Of a DNA stretch of 64,000 bases, positions 36,125 through 45,698 are shown one piece after another. The position numbers and the translations under genes were made by a program. Below the pieces are notes generated by a model, which did not search any database, was not told where the DNA came from, and was given only the letters and a program-made list of their open reading frames with translations. The first letter of the stretch is position 1; each line of letters opens with the position of its first letter. This DNA is from Nitrospinales bacterium (GTDB lineage Bacteria; Nitrospinota; Nitrospinia; Nitrospinales; VA-1): positions 1,120,001-1,184,000 of the forward strand of contig CBDCWG010000012.1 in NCBI GenBank assembly GCA_965223345.1, in the 5' to 3' direction.

Positions 36125-37276
36125 ATGGAACAGTGGCAAAAACTTCTCAGCCGCAGTGTGGTCAAGGTGGAGGACCTGCCTTTCCTGCCGGATTCCTCTC
36201 CCGAGTACCGGGACAAGCTCAAAAAGGTTGCCGAGGTGTTTCCGGTGCGGATCAACGCTTATTTCATGGACCAGATCCGCGAAGAAAACGACCCCATGTG
36301 GAAACAGGTGGTGCCCACGCTCGAGGAGCTGGACGATTTCATCAGCGACGAGCAGGCCCTCGATTCCGACCCGCTGAACGAAGAAGGCGACATGCCCGTT
36401 CCCGAACTGGTGCACCGGTATCCCGACCGGGTGCTGCTGATGGTGAACAACCATTGTCCGATCATCTGCCGGTTCTGCACGCGCAAGCGCAAGATCGGCA
36501 TCCCCGGCATCGTGACGCGCGAAACCCTGCGCCGGGGCATCGAATACATCCGCAATCACCCCGAGATCCGCGATGTGATCCTGTCCGGTGGCGACCCGCT
36601 GCTGGTCCCCGACAAGGAGTTGGACCGCATTCTCGGCGAGCTGAGAGCGATCCCGCATCTGGAGATCATCCGCATCGGCACGCGGGTTCCCGGCACGCTG
36701 CCGCAGCGGGTCACCGAAGAGCTGTGCGCGATCCTGAAAAAGCATCACCCGCTCTACTTCAACATGCATTTCAACCACCCGGCGGAAATCACGCCGGAGG
36801 TGGAACAGGCCTGCAACCGGCTCGCCGACGCCGGGATTCCGCTGGGCAGCCAGACGGTGCTTTTGGAAGGGGTGAACGACGACTCGGAGACCATGAAGCA
36901 GCTCATGCACAAGCTGCTCAAAATCCGCGTCAAGCCTTACTATATTTACCAGGCCGACATGACCCTGGGCACGAACCATTTCCGCACGACGGTCGAGAAG
37001 GGCCTGGAAATCCTCAACGATCTGATGGGCCACACCTCCGGCATGGGCGTGCCCTATTATGTGATCGACACGCCGGGAGGCGGGGGCAAGGTGCGGCTGC
37101 TGCCCAATTCCATCGTCGAGCACAATGAGAAGGAAGTGGTCATCCGCAATTTTGAGGGCAAGGTCTACCGCTACCCCCAGCCGGGAGAGCCTGTAAAGAC
37201 CCCAAATCACGGAAAAGACGTCGATTCCGCCAAAAACGCCCCGGCGGACGCCAATATGTGCCAGCTGCCCGCCTGA
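36125..37276 (+). CDS. kamA: KamA-family radical SAM/PLP enzyme, probably lysine 2,3-aminomutase
   Basis: DPL.E, HRYPDRVL, CPIICRFCTR, LSGGDPL, HFNHP, YQAD and DTPGGGGK (PLP Lys) motifs. Confidence 0.9.
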   Translation: MEQWQKLLSRSVVKVEDLPFLPDSSPEYRDKLKKVAEVFPVRINAYFMDQIREENDPMWKQVVPTLEELDDFISDEQALDSDPLNEEGDMPVPELVHRYPDRVLLMVNNHCPIICRFCTRKRKIGIPGIVTRETLRRGIEYIRNHPEIRDVILSGGDPLLVPDKELDRILGELRAIPHLEIIRIGTRVPGTLPQRVTEELCAILKKHHPLYFNMHFNHPAEITPEVEQACNRLADAGIPLGSQTVLLEGVNDDSETMKQLMHKLLKIRVKPYYIYQADMTLGTNHFRTTVEKGLEILNDLMGHTSGMGVPYYVIDTPGGGGKVRLLPNSIVEHNEKEVVIRNFEGKVYRYPQPGEPVKTPNHGKDVDSAKNAPADANMCQLPA

Positions 37277-37322
37277 CCCAAGTCTCCGTAAATATCTTGT
37301 TTTAAAAGCCTTACATGGATTC

Positions 37323-37347
37323 CGGGCGCGGATTTTGCGCCCGTTTT
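37323..37347 (+). terminator. Terminator-like hairpin after kamA
   Basis: CGGGCGC-loop-GCGCCCG followed by TTTT. Confidence 0.6.
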
Positions 37348-37427
37348 CCCATCCCGCCCCGCCCGCCCCACGGGCGCTGTTTTTCCCGCGAAATAGCAGC
37401 TATCTTACTGAAAAACAAAGATTTTAT

Positions 37428-37477
37428 TAGACTCGCGCCCGGTTTCGCGTTATATTGAATTTATATAAATTTCAATA
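37428..37477 (+). promoter_or_regulatory. sigma70 promoter with overlapping palindromic operator
   Basis: TAGACT-17 bp-TATATT. TATTGAA-N11-TTCAATA at 37453-37477. Confidence 0.6.
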
Positions 37478-37702
37478 AAATTTACCAAATTGGGCGGGGT
37501 CCCGCATGCGACGTCATCGGTGTTCCCACAGATTCATTGGCTTTCATTTTCTGCGGCTTATTGCCCGCCTGTGCGGTTCAGCAACTGACCCCGGAAATCA
37601 GGGTGGGGCGGCCGTCGCTGACCGATTGCAAACAGAAACGGACCGGCTGTTCGATCTACCGAGCCGGATCCCAATGGGAACCTAAAGAACGTAAATTGGG
37701 CC

Positions 37703-39301
37703 ATGTACGAACAATTTTACAGACTGACTGAAAAACCGTTCAACCTGACACCCGATCCGAAGTTTTTCTTCATGAGCAAACAGCATCAGGGGGCGATGGA
37801 TCACCTGCTGTACGGCATCAGGCAGCGGGAGGGGTTCATGGCGGTGGTGGGCGCCGTGGGGACGGGCAAGACCACGTTGTGCCGGTGTCTGCTGGAAAAG
37901 CTGGAACCCAATATCAAGGTGGCGTTGGTCCTGAACCCGATGATTTCCGGCATGGATCTGCTCCGCACCTGTGTCCAGGATCTTGAGGTGACGCCGGTGA
38001 AGACCCTGATCGAGGATCCGCTGCCGCCGCTGATGTTTGGGGATGAAGGCGAAGGCAGTGAAGAGGATTTGTCCATCGATCCCGAATCGCTGGCGGTTCC
38101 CATCGAGGACTCCGGGCAGGAAGAAGCGGACGCAGCTCTGGACGAACTGGTGGTGGAAGATCTGCCCCAGGATGAGATGAACGGCGACTGGGTTTACGGC
38201 GCGTCCAAGATGGAGCTGATCGACGCGTTGAACGACTTTCTGCTGGAGCAGCACCGGGCGGGCGGTTCCACGGTGCTGATCATCGACGAGGCGCAGAACC
38301 TCTCTCTCGATGTGATGGAGCAGCTGCGCGTGCTGTCCAACCTGGAAACCGAGAAGGAAAAACTGCTGCAGATCATTTTCGTGGGGCAAAAGGAACTCAA
38401 CGAAAAACTGCAACGGCCGGAACTGAAACAATTGAACCAGCGCATCTCCATCCGCTACGAGATCGGTCCGTTGACGAAAGAGGAAACCAGCCAGTACGTT
38501 CAGCACCGCATCCGGATCGCGGGCGCCGGAGCGCGCGTGAGTTTCAACAAGTCGGCCGTCAATGAAGTGTATCGCTATTCCAAGGGAACGCCGCGTCTGA
38601 TCAACCTGGTGTGCGACCGCGCATTGCTGGGCGGATACAGTGTTCAGGCGGACACGATCGAGCGCAGCCACGTCAAGCAGGCGATCCAGAGCCTGCTGGG
38701 CAAGGACGGACGCGCTGCGGTGAAGAGCGGGTTTCTGAAATCGAAGATTCCGGCGTACGCCGCGGCGGCGATCCTGTTGGTGGGGCTCGCGTCCGTGCTG
38801 CTTCCCCGCTTCGACATCGATTTTAAGAAGGAAACGGAAGGGCTGCTGGCTCTCGTCGGCGGGTTTTCCTTTTTTCAGGAAGACACGGAAACGGTTTCCC
38901 TGCCTGCGCCGCGTTCCAAAGCGAAACCCTCGGTCAAGCCGCCGCAAGCTCCCGCGGCTGTCTCGCACCCGATGCTGGAACCGGTCAAAGCCACGCCCGC
39001 AGCGGCAGTGGAGCGGAGCGACGCGCAGGCCACTATCCCGCTGGCGTTCCCGCAAGGCAGCGGGGATTACCGCATTCAGCTGTATTCGTTGAACGAAGTC
39101 GCACTGGCGAACGAGGAAGTGGAGCGGCTCAAGGAGGAAGGTTTCGACGCTTACTGGAAAAAGGCTTCTTCCCGCGGGCAGGATTGGTATATCGTGTACG
39201 TGGGTCCTTTCAAGGACATGAAACCCGCGCGTATTTATCTCGACGCCCTGAAATACTCCGGACGCAATCCGATTCTTTTGTCCGTTTCCAAATCCGGTTG
39301 A
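37703..39301 (+). CDS. ExeA/GspA-family AAA ATPase with TM segment and C-terminal SPOR domain
   Basis: MYEQFYRL.EKPF.LTPDP, GAVGTGKTT, IIDEAQNL, QRI and G.PRLIN.VCD motifs; SPOR-like tail. Confidence 0.9.
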   Translation: MYEQFYRLTEKPFNLTPDPKFFFMSKQHQGAMDHLLYGIRQREGFMAVVGAVGTGKTTLCRCLLEKLEPNIKVALVLNPMISGMDLLRTCVQDLEVTPVKTLIEDPLPPLMFGDEGEGSEEDLSIDPESLAVPIEDSGQEEADAALDELVVEDLPQDEMNGDWVYGASKMELIDALNDFLLEQHRAGGSTVLIIDEAQNLSLDVMEQLRVLSNLETEKEKLLQIIFVGQKELNEKLQRPELKQLNQRISIRYEIGPLTKEETSQYVQHRIRIAGAGARVSFNKSAVNEVYRYSKGTPRLINLVCDRALLGGYSVQADTIERSHVKQAIQSLLGKDGRAAVKSGFLKSKIPAYAAAAILLVGLASVLLPRFDIDFKKETEGLLALVGGFSFFQEDTETVSLPAPRSKAKPSVKPPQAPAAVSHPMLEPVKATPAAAVERSDAQATIPLAFPQGSGDYRIQLYSLNEVALANEEVERLKEEGFDAYWKKASSRGQDWYIVYVGPFKDMKPARIYLDALKYSGRNPILLSVSKSG

Positions 39302-39311
39302 GTGTGCCGTT

Positions 39312-40544
39312 TTGAGCCTGATCGCCGACAACCTGAAAAAAGCCTCCCAGGAGAAGGCGGCTCAAACCAAAGCGCCGCCGGATTTCAACGTGATGGCCCG
39401 CACACCCGCCGCGGGGAGCGCGCGGCTGGGACCGCTGTTGCGATTCCTCTTTCTGATCCTGATTCCCCTGTGTTTTCTGGTGTATCTGTTTTCGGTGGGC
39501 GCCTTCGACCGCCTGCTGGATCGGGTGTCGGCTCCGGTTTCTTCCACAGCCGCACAGAAACAGGCGCCGCCGGCGCCGAAGCCCGTCGCAGCGAAGCGGC
39601 CGCAGCCGATGATCGAGCGGACCGCGGTTCTGGCACCCGTTTCCCCACAGGCGGCGGTGAAAACGCTTTCCTTCATACCGCCGGCCGTTGAGACCGGGAT
39701 CCATCCGGCTGAAAAAAAACGCACACAAAAGATCGATCTGCAAAAGATTCCGTCGGTGCAAGCGAGGGTCCTCGCTGCGGCGGACACGGCGGACATTCGC
39801 GTGCTCCCGCAAGCGGCAGCCGTTGCCGATGTCGGGAAAGCGGGCCCGTCCCCGGCAGCGCCGAGAGCCATCACCCCTGTGCCCGAAAAAACCGATGACA
39901 ATGCGGAGGCCACGGCCGTGTTTTCCGCAGTGCAGAATCCGCTTCCCGAGCCCACCGTTTCCAATCAATCATTCCAGAGCAGCCTGCATCATTTCAACCG
40001 CGCCCTGTTTTTTCAGCAGGCCCGGGAGTGGGAAAAAGCGCTTTCAAGCTATTCGGAAGCGGCGCGGCTCGACCCGGACAACGCCGACACCCACAACAAC
40101 AAGGGGGTGATTTACAAGGAATTGGGGCAGTACGACCGGGCGGTGGACGCGTTTTTGCGGGCGGTCTTTTTAAAACCGGATTACGGCAACGCTTACAACA
40201 ACATCGGCGTGGTATACTATCTGCAAAAAAAATACGACGAGGCGGTTCGCAATTACCGCAAGGCGATTGAGATTCATCCGGACAATCCGGAAGTGTTCAA
40301 CAACCTGGCCATCGTTTACAGGAACAACAGTGAGCTTGCGAAAGCGCAGTCGATTTTGAACCGCGCGCTTTCGCTCCATCCCGATCATCCCGGCACCCAT
40401 TATCATCTCGCGGCGCTGTATGAGGAAACGGGAGACACTGCGTCGTCGCTGCATCACTACCGGCGGTTTCTGGAAGTGGGGGCGGCGCAGCACCCGACGC
40501 TGGCGCAGCGGGTGAAAGAACGTGTGAACGGGTCCAAACCCTGA
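39312..40544 (+). CDS. Membrane-anchored TPR protein (ExeB/GspB-like position)
   Basis: MSLI..NLKKA N-terminus, TM helix, Pro/Ala linker and about 5 TPRs. Confidence 0.85.
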   Translation: MSLIADNLKKASQEKAAQTKAPPDFNVMARTPAAGSARLGPLLRFLFLILIPLCFLVYLFSVGAFDRLLDRVSAPVSSTAAQKQAPPAPKPVAAKRPQPMIERTAVLAPVSPQAAVKTLSFIPPAVETGIHPAEKKRTQKIDLQKIPSVQARVLAAADTADIRVLPQAAAVADVGKAGPSPAAPRAITPVPEKTDDNAEATAVFSAVQNPLPEPTVSNQSFQSSLHHFNRALFFQQAREWEKALSSYSEAARLDPDNADTHNNKGVIYKELGQYDRAVDAFLRAVFLKPDYGNAYNNIGVVYYLQKKYDEAVRNYRKAIEIHPDNPEVFNNLAIVYRNNSELAKAQSILNRALSLHPDHPGTHYHLAALYEETGDTASSLHHYRRFLEVGAAQHPTLAQRVKERVNGSKP

Positions 40545-40641
40545 AGCAACGCAAGGCATTTGATGGCAATCGCATGGATCGGGTCGATGCGAAGCGCTGA
40601 AGTCGTACGCAAATCGTGGCCCTCGTCATTCGTTTGGAATC

Positions 40642-41316
40642 ATGAAAAAACTCCGTAAAGCGATAAAGAAAAACCTGATCGCAGGTCTTCTGGTCGTCGT
40701 CCCCGTGGCCCTGACCTACATGGTGCTGGCGTTTGTCATCCGCAACGTCGATAAGGCCATGCACCCGATCATCATCAAGGTCTTCGGTCCGGAAGGGCCG
40801 CAGATCATGGAGAAATACCACATCCCCGGCACCGGGGTGTTTTTCATGGTGGTGTTCATCATCCTGGTGGGACTGTTCGCCACGAATTTTCTCGGCAGGA
40901 AGGTGTTGCAACTGGGTGAGAAGATCGTGCACAACATTCCGTTCGTGCGCGTGATCTACACGAGCATCAAGAAAGTGGTGGACACCATTTCGCAGACCGA
41001 GACCCCTTCGTTTCAGGAGATGGTGCTGCTGACCTACCCGCGCCCTCCCTTAAAAGCGCTGGGGATCGTCTGCGGGGCCACGAAAGGCGAGATCGCGGGG
41101 AAGAGCCGAACCGAGGCGATCAACGTGTTCGTGCCGACCTCTCCCAACCCGACGACCGGGTTTCTGCTCATGGTTCCCAAACAGGATCTGGTCTTTTTGC
41201 AGATGACCGTGGAAGAGGGCCTGAAGATGATCATTTCCTTCGGCATGGTCAGCAACGCGCCCACAGGGGAACCGACGGTGGCTCTGGAGGAAGCGCTCAA
41301 GACCAAGGAAGGATAG
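40642..41316 (+). CDS. DUF502 membrane protein
   Basis: GLLVVVP..LT, IPFVR.IY and VFVPTSPNPTTG motifs. Confidence 0.9.
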   Translation: MKKLRKAIKKNLIAGLLVVVPVALTYMVLAFVIRNVDKAMHPIIIKVFGPEGPQIMEKYHIPGTGVFFMVVFIILVGLFATNFLGRKVLQLGEKIVHNIPFVRVIYTSIKKVVDTISQTETPSFQEMVLLTYPRPPLKALGIVCGATKGEIAGKSRTEAINVFVPTSPNPTTGFLLMVPKQDLVFLQMTVEEGLKMIISFGMVSNAPTGEPTVALEEALKTKEG

Positions 41317-41352
41317 GACGGAAGGGGTAATCCGCTTCGCTGCCGGATGGGA

Positions 41353-41973
41353 TTATTTTTTCCTGTTCTTTCGTTTGCCTGCCAGTTTCTCGCTGATGTT
41401 TTTCGCCACCCGCACATCCAGCTTGCTCAGTACTTTTCCCGCCACCTTGCTTTTCATGCCCGAGATGATCTGAATGGCGAGATCCTCGTTGATGGCTTCC
41501 AGAAGATTGGCCGCCTCCTGCGGTTTCATGCTGGAATAGGCTTTCACCAGCGCCTCGACGTTTTTCTTGATCAGGTTTTTCTGGATGCCGATCTGTTCCT
41601 GGCTTTTGGCGATCGCGTCTTCGATCTTTTTCAGGTCCTCCTGGATTTTCTGCTCGAGCGCCTTGAGATGCTGCTCCCGCAGCTGGATGTTCTCCTCGCG
41701 CTGCTTCAAATCCCGGTTCTTTTTTTCGATCATTTCGATCATGCGGAAGGTCTCCGGGCTGACTCCGGGAACCGGGCCGGGAAGGCCGATCGGCTCCGGC
41801 TCCATCCCGGCTTCACTTTCCGCCGCCGTTTCGTCCGTCTCTTCCTGAGCTTTTTCCTCTTCTTTTTCCTGCGCGAACGCGGTGTTTTTCGAGGCGCTGT
41901 CCTGGAAAATGCCGCGGGCAAACAGAAAGACCGCGAGGGTGATCAGGATGGCGATGTACGATCGGGTTTTCAT
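41353..41973 (-). CDS. YlxF/FlbB/MotE-like flagellar protein (MgtE-N fold)
   Basis: N-terminal TM, coiled coil and YSSMKPQEAA motif; follows fliJ. Confidence 0.8.
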   Translation of the reverse strand: MKTRSYIAILITLAVFLFARGIFQDSASKNTAFAQEKEEEKAQEETDETAAESEAGMEPEPIGLPGPVPGVSPETFRMIEMIEKKNRDLKQREENIQLREQHLKALEQKIQEDLKKIEDAIAKSQEQIGIQKNLIKKNVEALVKAYSSMKPQEAANLLEAINEDLAIQIISGMKSKVAGKVLSKLDVRVAKNISEKLAGKRKNRKK

Positions 41974-41983
41974 GGTCGGGTCG

Positions 41984-42424
41984 TCAGGACTGCAGGCGCC
42001 AGATGTTGGCGCCGGTTTCGTCCTGAATTTCGATTTCCTTTTTCTGCTGTGCTTTTCTTTGTTTCCCGGCGTCTTTTTCCTTGAGGATCTCCAGGGTGCG
42101 GCGCTTGCGCATGGCTTCGATGACCTCAGCCCGCTTTTTCTGGAATTTTTCCTCGATCTCGCCGATCACCTGATTCTGCCGCTTCTCCTCGTTGCTCACT
42201 CCGGAGAAGAAGTTGTCGTAGAGGACCAGCTTGTCGATGTTGAGGGGTTGGTCCATGATACGGGTCATTTCCTTTTTCCGGTCTTCGGCGATGTCCTGCA
42301 TGAACTGCAGGCGTTTTTTCTGATTCTGCAGATGGTTTTCGATCATGCCGAGTTCGCGCACCAGCACATCCTCTCGGTTTTTGCGGATCTTGAGCAACGT
42401 TTCGAATCGAAACTTCATAGCCAT
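41984..42424 (-). CDS. fliJ: Flagellar export protein FliJ
   Basis: KFRFETLLKIR...LEILKEK...DE coiled coil directly after fliI. Confidence 0.88.
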   Translation of the reverse strand: MAMKFRFETLLKIRKNREDVLVRELGMIENHLQNQKKRLQFMQDIAEDRKKEMTRIMDQPLNIDKLVLYDNFFSGVSNEEKRQNQVIGEIEEKFQKKRAEVIEAMRKRRTLEILKEKDAGKQRKAQQKKEIEIQDETGANIWRLQS

Positions 42425-42482
42425 CTCTCCTGCACGCGCATGAAACCCGCAGCGCGGGGTTCAATCGTGTGAATCCCGCGCT

Positions 42483-43811
42483 TCATGCCCGTCCCTCGAG
42501 GATGGCGCGCAGGCCGCGGATGCTGTCGTCGAGATTGACTGATTCGTAGATCTTCTGCTTGAGATAGAGATTCATGGCCTCGATCTTGTTCAGCGCGTCG
42601 TCGATTTTGGCGTTGGTGCCTCTCGTGTAGGCTCCGATGTTGATCAGGTCCTCGGCTTCCTTGTAGGTCGCGAGCACGTCGCGAAAGCGCATCGCCAGAT
42701 CCTGGTGTTCCTGCGAAACCACGTCGATCATCAGGCGGCTGATGCTGTTCAGGATGTCAACCGCGGGATAGTGGTTGTGCGCCGCCAGTTCGCGGCTCAA
42801 CACGATGTGCCCGTCCAGGATGGCGCGCACCGCGTCGGACACCGGTTCGTTGAGATCGTCGCCTTCAACCAGAACCGTGTACAGGCCGGTGATCGAACCC
42901 TCGCCGCCGTGAGTGCCGGCGCGCTCCAGCAGTTTGGGAAGCATGGAAAAAACCGAAGGCGGATAGCCGCGCGTCGTGGGCGGCTCGCCCACGGACAGGC
43001 CGATCTCCCTCTGGGCCAGCGCAAAGCGGGTGACCGAATCCATCATGAGGATGACGTCCTTGCCACGGTCGCGGAAGTATTCCGCCACCGCCGTGGCGGT
43101 GAAAGCGCCGCGCAGGCGCACGAGCGGCGGCTGGTCGGCTGCGGCGGCCACCACAACGGATTTTTTCAACCCTTCGGGACCCAGGTTTTCCTCGATGAAC
43201 TCCTTGACCTCGCGTCCGCGTTCGCCGATCAGCGCGATCACGATCACTTCGGCGGGCGTGTTGCGGGCGATCATGCCGAGCAGCACCGATTTGCCGACGC
43301 CGGTTCCCGCCATGATGCCGACGCGCTGGCCTTTGGCGCAGGTGATCAGCCCGTTGATGGAACGGATGCCGATGTCCAGCGGTTGCCGCACGCGGGCGCG
43401 TTCCATCGGATTCGACGGGGTGCCCATGAGCGGGTAGTCCATTCCGGGGGTGCACGGGCCTTTGCCGTCCAGCGGGCGGCCGTTGCCGTCGATGATGCGG
43501 CCGATGAGGTGGTCGCTCACGTTGACGCTGGGGTACTCGTCCTCGGAGACGATGAGGCTGCCGGGCTGCACGCCCATGAGGTCGCCCAGGGGCATCAGCA
43601 GGGTGGCGTTTTCGCGGAAGCCCACCACCTGCGCCTCCACCGGCGGCCGGTCGTTGCCGGGGTGGATGGTGCACAGGCTGCCGATGGAGGCGGCCGGGCC
43701 CTGGCCTTCGAGGATGAGGCCGATGATGCGCTTCACCTTGCCGGTTTTGCGGATGAACGCCGTGTTTTCGATGTAGGCGCTGTACTTTCTAAGATCGATG
43801 GTGTCTTCCAT
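42483..43811 (-). CDS. fliI: Flagellar export ATPase FliI
   Basis: AGTGVGKS, IGERGREV, MDSVTRFA, GEPPTTRGYPPSVF and LDGHIVLSR motifs. Confidence 0.97.
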   Translation of the reverse strand: MEDTIDLRKYSAYIENTAFIRKTGKVKRIIGLILEGQGPAASIGSLCTIHPGNDRPPVEAQVVGFRENATLLMPLGDLMGVQPGSLIVSEDEYPSVNVSDHLIGRIIDGNGRPLDGKGPCTPGMDYPLMGTPSNPMERARVRQPLDIGIRSINGLITCAKGQRVGIMAGTGVGKSVLLGMIARNTPAEVIVIALIGERGREVKEFIEENLGPEGLKKSVVVAAAADQPPLVRLRGAFTATAVAEYFRDRGKDVILMMDSVTRFALAQREIGLSVGEPPTTRGYPPSVFSMLPKLLERAGTHGGEGSITGLYTVLVEGDDLNEPVSDAVRAILDGHIVLSRELAAHNHYPAVDILNSISRLMIDVVSQEHQDLAMRFRDVLATYKEAEDLINIGAYTRGTNAKIDDALNKIEAMNLYLKQKIYESVNLDDSIRGLRAILEGRA

Positions 43812-43817
43812 GGAGCG

Positions 43818-44672
43818 TCATTCCTCCCTGGGCTCTTGCGGCTCCACAGGCGACTCCGCCTGGGACTCCGCCTGGGACTCCACCTGCGGCGCCAGATGCA
43901 ACAGCTTGTCGATCTGCGCTTCCAGTTGATCCATGCGCGCGTCCACGGTGCCGAAGTTCGATTCGACCACGCAGCCTCCCCGCTCGATGCCGGGGTTTTC
44001 CTCGAAAGTGACGTTTTTGATCTCGCCGAAAAGAGCGGCCAGTTCCGGACGGAATTTTTCGGCGTACTCCTTGTCCTTCGGATGGACCTGGATGGTCATC
44101 GATTCCTTGTCCAGCACGGACTGCACCGCGAGGCGGATCATTTCCTGAACGTTTTCCTCTTTGGTGGACAGCTCGACGTGGATGATCTTTTTCACCAGCG
44201 CCAGCACCATTTCGATCATCTCCCGTTCCACCTTGGGATACATGTTCCTGCGGAATTCGGAAAGGGTCTGGATCAGGTTTTGCGCGCTTTCGAGGACCGG
44301 GCCGCATTCTTCCCGCGCCTGGTTTTCTCCCTGCTCAAAGCCCTCCGCGTGGCCTTTCTCGCGGCCTTCCTGCTCGGCCTGCGCCTTGATTTCCGCAGCC
44401 TGCTCCTTGGCCTTTTCGTAGGCGTCTCTCAGGATCTGCTTCACACCCGCCCGGGCTTTTTCCATGTTGGCGGGATGCCGGTCGCGCGCTTCCTCCGAAT
44501 CGTAAACGAAGCCGGTGTTACGCGGTGCGGTCTCCCCCCACTCGGGAAAGCTGAAATCCACAGGCTCTGCGGAAGCCGGCGGCTCGGCGTTTTCGGCATC
44601 GCCGGACCATTTGCGCGTGAAACCTGTAGGCTCTTCAGACAAGTTCTTCGCCTCCCGCTCCGCCCACCGCAA
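43818..44672 (-). CDS. fliH: Flagellar assembly protein FliH
   Basis: AxxxG repeats (AEQEGREKGHAEGFEQG), VHPKD and GGCVVES.FG.VDA motifs. Start uncertain. Confidence 0.9.
   Translation of the reverse strand: MRWAEREAKNLSEEPTGFTRKWSGDAENAEPPASAEPVDFSFPEWGETAPRNTGFVYDSEEARDRHPANMEKARAGVKQILRDAYEKAKEQAAEIKAQAEQEGREKGHAEGFEQGENQAREECGPVLESAQNLIQTLSEFRRNMYPKVEREMIEMVLALVKKIIHVELSTKEENVQEMIRLAVQSVLDKESMTIQVHPKDKEYAEKFRPELAALFGEIKNVTFEENPGIERGGCVVESNFGTVDARMDQLEAQIDKLLHLAPQVESQAESQAESPVEPQEPREE
43852..43887. repeat. 12-bp tandem repeat x3 in the fliH 3' end
   Basis: GACTCCGCCTGG GACTCCGCCTGG GACTCCACCTGC, encoding ESQA repeats. Confidence 0.85.
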
Positions 44673-45648
44673 GCTTGCCTTCTTCCTCCAGCCGTTTGCA
44701 GACCGCCACGATTTTCTGCTGGGCTTTTTCCACTTCGCTGATCTTGGTGGGGCCCATGGATTCCAGGTCTTCCTTGAGCATCAGGCCCGCGCGTTCGGAC
44801 ATGTTGTTGAACCATTTTTCCTTGAGGCCGTCGCTCGCGGTTTTCAGGGAGATGAGCAAATCCTCCTGGTTGATTTCCTTGAGGATCATCTGGATGCCGT
44901 GGTCGTCGATCTTGAGGATGTCCTCGTACGTGAACCTGAGGTTGCGGATTTCGTTGGCCATGTCCGGATCGACTTCGTCCATGGCGCTCAGGATGGTCGA
45001 TTCGGTGCCGCGGTCGAGGGAGCCCATGATCTGCGCGGCGTTTTCGAGGCCGCCGAGCTTGCTTCCCGAAACCGCGCCCGAGGCGCGGAATTCGTTCTGC
45101 AGGGCTTCGTCGAGTTCGCGGATGATGTGCGGCGACACGCGCTCCAGAGACGCGAGGCGGTGGACGATCTCCATGCGCTGCTCTTCCGGCAACTCGCGGA
45201 TCGTCTGGCTGGCGATCTGCGGTTCCAGATGCGCCATGACGATGGCGGCGGTCTGCGGGTGCTCGTTGGTCAAAAACGTGGCGATGGTGCGCGGCTCCAG
45301 CATGCGCACGGTTTCCAGGCCGCCGCCGATTTCCTCGCCCGGAGTGGTGATGTTGTTTAAAATTTCCGTGGCCTTGTTGGGATCGAGGGCTTTCATCAAC
45401 GTGGTTTTCAAAAAGTCCATGCCGCCGATTCCCAGGCCGCCGGTGCCGGCTTCGACGCTGTCGTAAAATTCCTTGGTGATGTTGTCCATGACGACGGTGT
45501 CCACGTCTCCCAGAGAGGACATGTAGTTGCCGATGATCTGGATCTCCCGTTCGTCCATGTTGGAAAGCACCGCGGCGGCGTTTTCTTCTCCCAGGGACAT
45601 GAGCAGGATGGCCGCTTTTTCAGGTCCCGTGTATTTGGTGGTGGTCAT
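44635..45648 (-). CDS. fliG: Flagellar motor switch protein FliG
   Basis: G.EKAAILL, EHPQT, NMSERA and GP.KISEVEKAQ motifs. Confidence 0.97.
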   Translation of the reverse strand: MTTTKYTGPEKAAILLMSLGEENAAAVLSNMDEREIQIIGNYMSSLGDVDTVVMDNITKEFYDSVEAGTGGLGIGGMDFLKTTLMKALDPNKATEILNNITTPGEEIGGGLETVRMLEPRTIATFLTNEHPQTAAIVMAHLEPQIASQTIRELPEEQRMEIVHRLASLERVSPHIIRELDEALQNEFRASGAVSGSKLGGLENAAQIMGSLDRGTESTILSAMDEVDPDMANEIRNLRFTYEDILKIDDHGIQMILKEINQEDLLISLKTASDGLKEKWFNNMSERAGLMLKEDLESMGPTKISEVEKAQQKIVAVCKRLEEEGKLAVGGAGGEELV

Positions 45649-45698
45649 GCTCCAGCCTCAATCGATGTTGAATACAGCTTGGGTTGCACTCAATCGCA

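Noticed and set aside
36125..37276. KamA as EpmB or glutamate 2,3-aminomutase
   Set aside because: No efp/epmA is nearby, the PGGGGK motif is KamA-type, and both amine-binding Asp residues are retained. A role in trans cannot be excluded.
37448..37470. CGTTATAT-N6-TATATAAA as a third ModE box
   Set aside because: Spacing is 6 rather than 7, no Mo gene follows, and it is better explained as a -10 element plus a different palindrome.
43852..43887. 12-bp repeat as CRISPR or phase-variation tract
   Set aside because: It is in frame, has no spacers and encodes a low-complexity FliH tail.
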